A model generated the notes under the pieces. It ran no database searches. It had not been told where the DNA came from and saw nothing but the letters and a program-made list of their open reading frames with translations. A DNA stretch of 64,000 nt from Burkholderiaceae bacterium. GTDB taxonomy: Bacteria; Pseudomonadota; Gammaproteobacteria; Burkholderiales; Burkholderiaceae_C. The translations under genes and the position numbers were made by a program. This document shows positions 1-10,800 of this stretch, one piece after another (within the stretch, counting starts at the first letter, position 1; each line of letters begins with the position of its first letter). Where the stretch lies: contig DATMIN010000106.1 of NCBI GenBank assembly GCA_035554275.1, positions 1,422-65,421 of the forward strand. The letters run 5' to 3'.

Positions 1-63
1 CTCATGGCCGGCATGCAGGCGCTGACCAAGCGCATTGGCAAGCTCGAAGCGAGGGTCGCGTAA
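1..63 (+). CDS. 3' end of upstream phage gene (partial; ...LMAGMQALTKRIGKLEARVA*)
   Basis: Frame 1 open from the window edge to TAA at 61-63, overlapping the next ATG (TAATG). Coiled-coil-like tail reminiscent of peptidase S74 chaperone C-termini (weak). Confidence 0.5.
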   Translation, partial: LMAGMQALTKRIGKLEARVA

Positions 64-1844
64 TGCTCGGCATGCTTTCACTCCTTGGGGGCGCCGGCAA
101 GGGCTACAACGACGGCACGCAGCAGGCGCTCGAGAACCGGCGCCGCGCGGCGCTGGATCAGATCGCGCTCGACCGCAACGCGCGCGACGCGACCGTGTTC
201 GGTCAGGAACAGGAAGACCGCGCCGCGATGCGCAAGGCCGGCGAGTCGGTGACGGCCGTTCCCGATCTCGTGACCGACGCCGACGGCAATCAGGTGCAGC
301 GCCAGATCAAGCCTGACGACGTGGACAACGCCGACGTGGGCACGCCCGGCGCGTCGCCGAACCTGCCCGCGCAGCGCGTGGGCATGCAGGGCCTGCTGAC
401 GCCGGAGAAGGCCGCGGCCGAAGCGGCGCGCCAGAACACGCCCGAGGCGATGCGCGCGCGCCAACTTGCCGAATTGCAGAAGCAGAGCCCCGAGAAGGCG
501 GCCGCGCTGCAAGCGCACGACCTGACGCTCAAGAACACGCAGATCGACCTCGCGGCCAAGGAGTACGACGCGGGGATGAACAAGGCCGCCTCGCGCGGGC
601 TCGGGTCGCTCGTCGACTGGACGAACAACTCGGGTTCGAGCGACTTCAAGGCGAAGCTCGTGGTGAGCGCCGACGGCAAGACGGGCGAGATCCACGAGGT
701 TCAGCCCGACGGCACGCTCAAGCCGACCGGCCTGTCGTTCGCGAACACCGCGCAGGGCGCCGCCGAGGCCGCGACGATGCTCGCGCGCACCGTGCCCCCG
801 ACCGCCAAGCTCAAGCACTACATGGACGTGAAGGAAAGCGACCGCAAGGAGTCGCACGACCTCGCCACCGAGAGCTACCAGAACCGCATGGCCGGCGTCG
901 CGGAGAAGAACGCCGAGACGAACGAGCAGTATCGGAAGGACATGGGCGATGCGGCCGGGCTGCGCGCCGAGAAGGCCGGCACCTCGAAGTCGGCCGTCGA
1001 TCGCATGTCGGAGTCGGACAAGCTCACGTTCGCCGACATCAACAAGCAGCGCGAGACGATCAACGCCGCGATCACGAAGGCGCAGGCCGAGGGGATGTGG
1101 GACGACAAGGCGCCGGGCTCGCAGCAGCTGCAAACGCGCCTCAACGCGCTGAACATGCGCGCGCAGGCGATGACGAGCAAGTACGAGCGCGACGGTGCCA
1201 GCGGCGCGGCCGATCCGCTCGGCGTGCGCAAGCCCGCGGCCAGCGCGGGCGGTGTGGACACGAAGATTGACCCGGCGGTGCAGTCGGGCCGCGACGCCGA
1301 AGCCGGCAAGCTCATGGTGCGTCAGGAATTCGGCGGCGACCTCGCGCGCGCTCAGTCCGAGCTCGTCGCGATGCAGGACGGCATCAAGCGCGCGCCGAAG
1401 GGCGAGGCCCGCACGATGCTCGAGTCGCAGGCGGCGCGCCTGCAAGCCGGCATCGCCGCGATGAAGGCCGATGGAGGCCCGATGCAGCAGCGCGCCGCCG
1501 GGACGCGCGAGCCGCCGCCGATCGTGCCCGCCGGTGCCCCGCCGGTGGCGGCGCGCCCGACGATGCAGGCCACGGCCGCCGCGGCGCAGCCGTTCGCCCC
1601 GCAGGCCACGGGCGACGCAGCCCTGAACGCCATCGAGGCCGGCAACGTTGCCGCGATGAAGCCGCTCAACGATGCCGTCGTCACCGCGCAGGCGCAACTG
1701 GCCGCGGTGGCGAAGTCGGGCGACCCGGCCGCGCTGCAACGCTACGCCGCCGCGCTGACGCAGGCGCGCGCCGCGCGCGAGCAGGCCGCGCAGCAGAAAT
1801 TCGGCAACCGTGCCCCGCAGTACCTCGCATCCGTCGGAGCTTGA
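63..1844 (+). CDS. Phage protein, probable internal virion/DNA-ejection protein (593 aa)
   Basis: Strong GC3 bias; Ala/Gln-rich helical; N-terminal 'LGGAGKGYNDG' glycine motif; directly upstream of the giant polyvalent gene. Confidence 0.6.
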   Translation: MLGMLSLLGGAGKGYNDGTQQALENRRRAALDQIALDRNARDATVFGQEQEDRAAMRKAGESVTAVPDLVTDADGNQVQRQIKPDDVDNADVGTPGASPNLPAQRVGMQGLLTPEKAAAEAARQNTPEAMRARQLAELQKQSPEKAAALQAHDLTLKNTQIDLAAKEYDAGMNKAASRGLGSLVDWTNNSGSSDFKAKLVVSADGKTGEIHEVQPDGTLKPTGLSFANTAQGAAEAATMLARTVPPTAKLKHYMDVKESDRKESHDLATESYQNRMAGVAEKNAETNEQYRKDMGDAAGLRAEKAGTSKSAVDRMSESDKLTFADINKQRETINAAITKAQAEGMWDDKAPGSQQLQTRLNALNMRAQAMTSKYERDGASGAADPLGVRKPAASAGGVDTKIDPAVQSGRDAEAGKLMVRQEFGGDLARAQSELVAMQDGIKRAPKGEARTMLESQAARLQAGIAAMKADGGPMQQRAAGTREPPPIVPAGAPPVAARPTMQATAAAAQPFAPQATGDAALNAIEAGNVAAMKPLNDAVVTAQAQLAAVAKSGDPAALQRYAAALTQARAAREQAAQQKFGNRAPQYLASVGA

Positions 1845-1848
1845 TTCA

Positions 1849-4800
1849 ATGCCCACCATCGCCGAGATCAAGCAGCAGTACCCTGACCTCACCGACAGCA
1901 CCGACGATCAAGTAGTCGACGCACTCCACCAAGCGTTCTACTCGGACCTGCCGCGCGAGCAGATCGCGGCGCGCCTCGGCGTCAAGCCCACGCCGCCGCC
2001 GGCGCGCTCGCGCACGATGGGCGAAGCCGCGAGCGACACCGGCCGCGCCGTCATGGGCGGGATGGCCGGCCTCGTGAAGTCGGGCGGCGACCTGTACGGC
2101 CTGGCCTCGGGCGACATGCAGAACCCGGTCAGCGCGCTCGGCAAGGACGCGCAGGAATACTGGACCGAGGGCCAGAGTCAGCCGCTCAAGGACAAGATCA
2201 CCGCGCGCAAGGCGGCGATCGACGCCTCGCCGACGATGCTCGGCAAGTTCGGGACGGCGATCAAGGAAACCATCACCGACCCGGCGCTGCTCGGCGATAC
2301 CGTCGCATCGAACGTCGCGACGATGGTCCCCGGCATGATCGCCGGCCGCGCGGTGCAGGGTGCGATGGCCGGCCGCGCGCTCGCCGCCGGGCCGATCACC
2401 GAAGCGATGGCCGGCGCTGCGGCGCAGACCGGCGCCAAGGTCGCGACTGGCGCGGCCGTCGGCACCGGCGCCGTGCAGCAGGGAGCCGACGTGTCCTCGC
2501 AGGCGTTCGATGACTCGATGGCGAAGTTCGACACGCCAGAGAAGATCGCCGCCGCGCTGGCGAACAATCCGATCTTCGCCGCGCGCGTGCAGGCCGGTGA
2601 GGCGCCGCGCGACGTGGCGCAGTCGCTCGGCTTGTCGGCCGCGCGCGCCGCGTTCCTGCCGGCTGCGGCTATCTCGGTGGCCGCCAACGCGGTCCCCGGC
2701 GGCACGATGATCGAGCGAGCGCTGATCGGCGGTGCTGCGCGCGACACGATCAAGGAAGGCACCCGCTTCGCGCTGCCGAAGGCGATGGCGAAGGCCGCGC
2801 TCGGCGAGGGCACGCAGGAAACGCTGGAAGAAGGCGGCGGCCAGTTCGCGGCCAACGTCGCGAAGCAGAACATCGTCGACCCGAATCAAGCGCTCGACGA
2901 GAACGTCGGCGAGAACGCCGGCATGGGCGCAGCCGGCGGCATCGGCCTCGGGGTGGCCGGCGGTGCGTTCCACCGCCAGCACCACGCACCGGCGAAGACC
3001 GTCGGCGACGTGATCCGCGAGGACTTGCAGCCTGGCGGCGGCCCGGCCGCGAACGCGATCAACGCCGGCGTCATGGCGGCCGCAGCGCAGGCCGACGCAG
3101 CGAACCCGGCCGGAAGCACCGCGCCGACGCCCGTGCGCGACCTCACCGCCGCGCAACTGGCGACGATCCGCAAGCTCGCGCCCGAACAGCGCGACATGGC
3201 GCTCGGGCTGGTGGATCTCGCCAAGCGCCCCGACGTGGACGACAGCGTGCGCGCCACCGCTCACGCGAAGCTCGACGCGATGCTCGGCAGCGACGAGGCG
3301 CTGAACCCGCCGGCCGTCGACAAGAAGGGCGCCACGGTCGCGCCGGCTCCCGAGACGGTCGCCCCGGTGAAGGCCGGCGATCAGGTCGACCACGACCTCG
3401 CGCGCGCCGAGTCGAGCCGCCGCCGCTTCGATGCCGAGGCCGCCGCGCAGCGCGAGGCCGACCGACCCACGCCGCCGGTGGGCGAGCCTCAGGACGGGGA
3501 CATTCTCAACCCGACGATGCAACGGCCGTTCAAGACGATCCGCGCGGCGGGGATCGCGCTGACGAAGGCCGGCAAGGGCTACGAACTCGTGACCGTCAAG
3601 GACGGCATCGTGGTGCGCAAGGTCAAGGAGAGCGATGATGCAGTGGGACAGCCTGCCGACGGTTCAGGACATGCGGGAGCAGCGCCTGCTGTCGCCGCTG
3701 CACCTGGCGGAACTGGAATCGTGGGTGGCGCGGAGCGAGCAGGCGGGGGAAGTGCTGGAACTGTCGCCGACGCTGCAGCGCGTGCTGGCGAACCTGATCC
3801 TGTTGGCGGAACTGCCGCCGGGCACCACGCGGCACTGAGCGCCGGCGCGATCGACGACGAGTGGCATGCCTTCGCGACCGAAACCGGCACGAAGGGCATT
3901 CCGCGCGCCGACATGCCGCAGGTCAAGGCCAGCGACCGAAGCGCGCTCGTGCAGTTCCTGCGCGCGCGCGGCGTCGAGTACGCGCCGGCCACCGTCGATC
4001 CGCAGACCCTCAAGCCGACGCAGGCGGAGTTTTCGCCGGCCAAGGTCGAGAAGGCCGCCGGCTTCACCGACACCGACCGCAGCATCCTCGTGTCGAGCGA
4101 CGGGCACGTGGTCGACGGCCATCATCAGTGGCTCGCCAAGCGCGCGCAGGGCGAGCCGATCAACGTGATCCGACTGGACGCGCCGATCGACCAGCTGCTG
4201 CCGCTGGTGCACGAGTTCCCGAGCGCCAAGCAGGCCGCCGGCGCGACGCTGCCGAGCGCGACCACGAACCCGCAGCCGACCACGCTCGGCGATGCCGTCG
4301 GCGTGCGCCCGGCGGGCACGCGCGGCACGAGCGCGGCCGATGTGACGTCCAAGGATGCAGGGGCGCCGGCAGAGCAGTCGGGCAGCGGGGGAGCCGTACC
4401 CGCGCCGGCGGCCCCTGCGCCTGTGAAAGAACGCGCCACCGAAGTTTCACAAGCGCCGGCCGCCGAGCCCGTTGTGAAAGCGCCGACCGATGACATGGGC
4501 GCGCGCTGGACGCGCTCAACGGAGGTCGAGCGCCACCAGATGCTGACCGACGCCGGCTGGCTCGGCGGCCTGAGCCAGCAGCGCCTGGCGCGCATGCCGT
4601 GGGACAAGATCAAGGACACGCAGCGCGCGCGCATCGCTGCGGGTCGAGTCGCGGATACCACCACCGCAGCCGCGGCCAGCAGTACGGCCGGAACGCAAGG
4701 CACGGAGGAAAAGCCCGGCATTGGCACTGCCGAAACCTCCCCGGAAAAGGAAACCGCGCTCGCGCGCCGCGCTCGGCTCAAGGTCATGCAAGCCGCCGGC

Positions 4801-7800
4801 GTCAATCTTCCAGATCGCGTGCTGTGGCACAACATGGGCGGCGACAGTCAGCGCGCCGTTCGGGCTGCGGCGCAGGCGATGCAGCCGGCGCCGGCCAACC
4901 CGACCGGGGCGCCGGCTCCGGCCGCGCCGGCGCCGTTCGCGAACAACAAGGTGTTCACCGCCGATGCGGTGGCCGCCGCGCGCGCGGTGCTCAAGCGCAA
5001 GCTCGGCACGATCAACAGCGGCATCGACCCTGAACTGATGCAGGCCGGTCTGACGCTGGCCGGCGCCCACATCGAGGCCGGTGCGCGCTCGTTCGCAGCG
5101 TTCGCCAAGGCGATGGTGGCCGACCTCGGCGACGCGGTTCGCCCGTACCTCAAGTCGTGGTTCATGGCGGTCAAGTACGATCCGCGCGCCGCGGCGTTCG
5201 AGGGCATGAGCAGCGCCGCCGACGTGGAGGCGCACGACCTCGCGACCACAATCGGCACAGACGTTGAATCCGAGCCCGCCGCGGCCGATACTGCGGACAA
5301 GGAGACTCCCAATGATCCCGCCCCTTCAAGCGATGCGCCTGCGCTCGATCACCCGCTGGATGCAGGAGCAGCAGCCGACGGAGTTCAAAGCACTGAGCCG
5401 ATCCGGGGCGCTCGACAGCCACGTGCGCGAGTTCGACGATCGGATGATCGAAGCGTTCGAGGCACGCGAGGACTCTTTGAAGGCGTCGATGATGAAGGCG
5501 GGAACGTGGGGGACGGCGCACGGGCTGACGCAGTTCCCGACGGATCGGCTGACGCTGTGGGGCGAAACGCTCGCCGAGTTTCTGCCGACTTCCGTCCCGG
5601 ACTCGGAGGACTGACCCGCGAGGGCTCGTGGCACGCCACGGCCGCCCGCAACGTCGACCTGATCGAACTCGCGCTCAAGATCGACGGCGAGAAGCGCAAC
5701 GCCGCGCCCGAGGAACAGGCGCTGCTGTCGAAGTACGTCGGCTTCGGCGCGAGCGAGATCCGCAACGCGCTGTTCCCGGTGCCGCCGAGCTACGCCAAGG
5801 CCGCCGAACCGACGCGGATCATCTGGCCCGACTACGTGCGCGAGGCGCGCTACAAGCCGCTCGCCGAGCGCCTGGCGGCGCTGCCGCTGGACTGGCAGAA
5901 GTCGGTGCTGCAATCCACGCAGTACGCGCACTACACGAGCGAGGGGATCATCCGCGCCGTGTGGTCGGGCGTGCAGCGCCTGGGCTTCGGCGGCGGCAAG
6001 GTGCTCGAGCCGGGCATGGGCATCGGTTCGTTCGCGATGCTGATGCCCGAGTCGGTGCACAAGACGACGAAGTACACCGGCATCGAGTTCGATGCGCCCA
6101 CGGCCCTGATCGCGCGCCTGCTGTCGCCCGATCAGAACATGCTCCACGACGATTTCATCAAGCGCAAGCTGCCGCGCGACTACTTCGACGTGGCGATCGG
6201 CAACCCGCCTTTCTCGCAGACCCGCATCCTCGGCGACGCGGACTACGAGAAGCACGGGTTCATGCTGCATGACTTCTTCTTTGCGAAGTCGATGGACCGG
6301 GTTCGCCCGGGTGGCCTGCTGGTGTTCGTCACCAGCAAGGGCACGATGGACAAGCAGACCGACAAGGCGCGCAAGTACCTTGCCGAGCGCGCGGACCTGC
6401 TCGGCGCGATCCGCCTGCCGTCGACCGCCTTCGAGGCCAACGCCGGCACGAGCGTCGTCACCGACGTGCTGTTCCTGCGCAAGCGCCTGGCCGGCGAAGC
6501 GCCCGCCGGCGCCGCGTGGAACGCGATCAGGTCGGTGGAGACGAAAGACGGCGTGACGCCGATCAACGAGTATTTCGTCGACCACCCGCAGATGGTGCTC
6601 GGTCAGCACCGGATCAGCGGCAACGTCGACGACGAGGGCCGCCGGATCAACAGCAACGGCATGGGCGGCGAGAAGTACACCGTCGTGAGCTACGACAAGA
6701 CGCCGGCCGAGCTCGACGCCAAGTTCGCGGCCGCTGTCGAGAACCTGCCGGCGAACGCCTACTCGGTGCTGTCGCAGACGAGCGAGAGCGTGAAACGCGA
6801 AACCGCGAAGGTCGATTTCGACCCGAAGGTGAAACGCGAGGGCGTGGTCTACCTGGCCGACGACGGGACGCTGATGCGCGTCGAGCAGGGCGTGGGCAAG
6901 GGCCTCGCCGATCTCGTGAAGCTCACGCCGAAGGAGCAACACTGGTTCAAGGGCTACGTCGGCATCCGCGACGCGGTGCAACTCGCCCGCGCGGCGCAGC
7001 ATGCCGACGGCGACTGGCAGGGCGCGCTCAAGACGCTGAACAAGGCGTATGACGCGTTCCGCAAGGAGCACGGGCCGATCAACGATTTCCGCACGATGGT
7101 GCGCACGTCGACCGACGAGGAAGGCAACCCGGTCGAGACGAGCATCCGCGTGTTCAAGAACCGCCGGCTGTTCCGCGAGGACTACGACGCCGCGATCGTC
7201 ACGCAACTGGAAACGATCAACGACGCCGGCGAGGTCGTGAAGGCCGCGTTCCTGAAAGACCGCACGATCGGCCGCCCCGTGGTGCGCGAGGTCAAGTCGG
7301 TGGGCGACGCGCTGGCCGTGTCGCTCGACGAGAACGGCAAGCTCGACCTCGACGATATCGGCCGCCGCATGGGCCTGACCCGCGCCGAAGTGCTGGAATC
7401 GCTCGGCGCGCAGGTCTACGAAGCGCCGGGCGGTGACTGGCAACTGGCCGACGAGTACCTGTCGGGTGACGTGGTGGCGAAGCTCGCCGAGGCGAACGAC
7501 GCCGCACGCATCGAGCCGCGCTACGAGCGCAACGTCGAAGTTCTCAAGGCGGCGCAGCCCGACAAGCTCGGGCCGTCGCAGATCGGCGTGAAGCTCGGCG
7601 CCTCGTGGGTGCCGGTCAGCCACGTCAACGAGTTCGCCAGGCTGATCGAGGCCGGCCGCGTGTCGTTCGACCCGAAGACCGAAAGTTGGCAGGTCGAGGG
7701 CGGCAACCTGCAAAGCGGCCGCAAGGCCGGCGCCGAGTACGGCACCGCGAAGAAGTCGCCGAGCGAACTGCTCGAGGCTGCGCTGAACAGCCGCGCCATC

Positions 7801-10800
7801 AGCATCAAGATGACGCTTGAAGACAAGAAGGTCGTCACCGACACCGAGGCGACGACGGCCGCGACCGAAGCGCTGCGCAAGATCAAGGAGAAGTTCAAGT
7901 CTTGGGTCTGGACTGACGGCGACCGCGCGAGCGAACTGGTCGAAATCTACAACGAGCGGTTCAACAACATCGCGCCACGCAAGTTCGACGGCTCGCACCT
8001 GACGCTGCCTGGCGTGTCGCTGCGCTTCAACCTGCACCCGCACCAGAAGCGCGCTATCTGGCGCCAGGTGCAGACCGGCGACACGTACCTCGCGCACGCC
8101 GTCGGCGCCGGCAAGACGATCGAAATGATCGCTGGCGGCATGGAACAGAAGCGGCTCGGGCTGATCCGCAAGCCGATCTATGCCGTGCCGAACCACATGC
8201 TCGAGCAGTTCGCCAACGAGTTCATGGAGCTTTACCCGCTGGCGAACATCATGGTCGCCGACGACGAGAATTTCTCGGCCGAGCGGCGCAAGGCGTTCGT
8301 GGCGGCCGCGACGCTGAACGCGCCGGACGCCATCATCATCACGCACAGCGCGTTCGAGCGCATCGGCGTGAAAGAGGAAACCGTCGCGCCGATCCGCGAC
8401 GAGATCCTGACCGACCTCGAAATCGAACTCGGCGACGCCGACAAGGGCGACCGCGTGCGCCGCGCGCAGCTGCAACAGCAGATCGAGGCGGTGACGCAGC
8501 GCTTCGACAGCATCATCGGCGCCGGCAAGAAGGACTCGACGATCAAGTTCGAGGACATTGGCGCCGATTTCATCTACGCCGACGAGGCCCACGCCTTTCG
8601 CAAACTCGATTTCACGACCAACCAGAAATTGAAGGGCATCGACCCGAACGGCTCGCGCCGCGCGCTGGATATGTACGTGAAGACCCGCCACCTGAACAAG
8701 CAGCGGCCGGGCCGCGCGATGGTGTTCGCCTCGGGTACGCCCGTGACCAACACGATGGGCGAGCTTTACACGATCATGCGGTTCTTCGCGCCGGACGAGT
8801 TGAACCGCGCCGGCATCGCTACCTTCGATGGTTGGTCGCGCCAGTTCGGCGAGTCAGTGGCCGCACTCGAGGCCAACGCGGCGGGCCGCTACGAGACGGT
8901 CGAGCGCTTCGCAAAGTTCGACAACGTGCCCGAACTCATGTCGCGCGTGCGGCAGTTCATGGACGTGCTGACCTCGGAACACCTGGGCTCGCTCGTGAAG
9001 CGCCCGGACGTGGCCGGCGGCCGCCCGAACCTCATCACCGTGGAGTCGACGCCGGAACTCAAGGCGTACATGAAGCAGGTTCTGCTGCCGCGCCTCGAGG
9101 CGTCGCGCGCCTGGAAGCCGTCGAAGGATCAGCCGTTCAACCCGGACCCGGTCATCGCGATCACGAGCGACGGCCGGTTCGCGGCGCTCGACCCGCGCTT
9201 CTTCGGCGGCAAGGTCGGCCACGACACCCCGACGAAGCTGTCGGCGATGGCCGACAAGATCGCCGAGATCTACAAGGCGTCGGCCGGCAACGCCTACGTC
9301 GAGCGCGACGGCAAGACCCCTTCCCCCACGAAGGGCAGCACGCAGATCGTCTTCTACAACCTCGGGTTCGGGGTGCAGTCGCAGAAGAACCGCGGCTTCG
9401 ACGCGCGCGGCGCGCTGACCAAGCGCCTCGTCGACGGCGGCGTGAAGCGCAGCGAAATCGCGTGGTTCGACGACGCCGACACCGATGCCAAGAAGGAAGC
9501 GGTGTTCAAGGGCATGCGCTCGGGTGCGCTGCGGGTGCTGATCGGCTCGGCCAAGAAGATGGGGACGGGCGTCAACGTGCAGAACCGCCTGCTGGCGCTG
9601 CACTACTTCGATCCGCCGTGGTTTCCGTCCGACGTGGAGCAGCCGCACGGCCGCCTGATCCGTCAGGGCAACCAGAACCCGGTGGGCGAACTGCACTGGT
9701 ACGCCACGAAGGGCACCTACGACTCGACGATGTGGCAGATGGTCGCGCGCAAGCAGCGATTCATCGACCAGGCTTTCAGCGGCGACAAATCGCTGCGCTC
9801 GATGGACGACATGAGCGAGGCCAGTGCGTTCGAGATGGCCGCCGCGCTCGCGAGCGGCGACCCGCGCGCGCTGCAACTGGCCGGGTACAAGCAGGACGTG
9901 GAGCGCCTCGAGCGCCTGCAGGCCGCGCACGCGAACGAGCAGATCAACGTGCGTCAGGCGCTGCGCAGCGCCGAGTGGGGCATCACGAGCTACGAGGCTC
10001 GGGTGAAGACCTACGAGCAGGCGTTCAAGGTGCTCGGCGAGCGCCACGTGTCGTTCACCGAGGGCAAGGTCGACGGCAAGACGTTCGACAAGCTCGGCGA
10101 GTTCGGTCAGGCGCTCAAGGAGGCATTCAACAAGGGCGTCGCCGCTGCGGTGCTCGACCCGCAGACCATGAGCCGGGATCTCGGCACGGTCGGCGAGCAC
10201 ATCAGCGTGCGGATGGATGCCGAGGCGACGAGCAAGGGCGTCACCGGCGAGCACTCGCTGATGGCGACGGTCGGCGCGCTCGACCTGAGCGTCATGCACG
10301 CCGTCACCGGCATGGGAGAGCAGGTCGATGCGGTCGGCCTGGCGCGGCGCGTGCTGAACGCGGCCAACGGCATCGAGGGCAACCTGCGCAACGCGAAGGC
10401 GGGCCTGATCGAGAACCAAAACGACGCGAACCGGCTGCGCAAGAAGCTCGGCGCGCCGTTCGAGTATCAGCAGGAACTGGCCGAGAAGTTCGGCGAATTG
10501 CGGCGCCTCGAGGCCGAGCTTCGCGCCGAAGGTGAGGCCGACGCCAAAGCGGCGCAGGCCGACCGCATGGCGCGCGCGGCGAAGCCGACTGGCCCGGTCG
10601 TGGTCGACGCCGACGGCCAGATGGAGGGCGAGCTTGAAGAAGGCGACGAGCCCGCGTTCAGCCGCGCCCCGACATTCAATGCCGCGGTCGATGCTGCTAT
10701 CGACGCCGGCATGAAAGGCGAGAAGCCCGGCCGCCAGCCGGTCGCGATCGGCATGACCACGCCGGCGCTGCAAGCCGCCGGCATCGCGGAAGGCGAGTTG

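Noticed and set aside
4721-5038. Third overprinted ORF after GGAGG
   Set aside because: TTG start poorly spaced from the SD; Arg/Pro-rich product without a codon-bias switch
3600-5620. Sequencing frameshifts explaining the codon-bias switches in the giant gene
   Set aside because: The main frame stays open throughout and the +1 ORFs have their own SD, start and stop; compensating errors are unlikely but reads were not available
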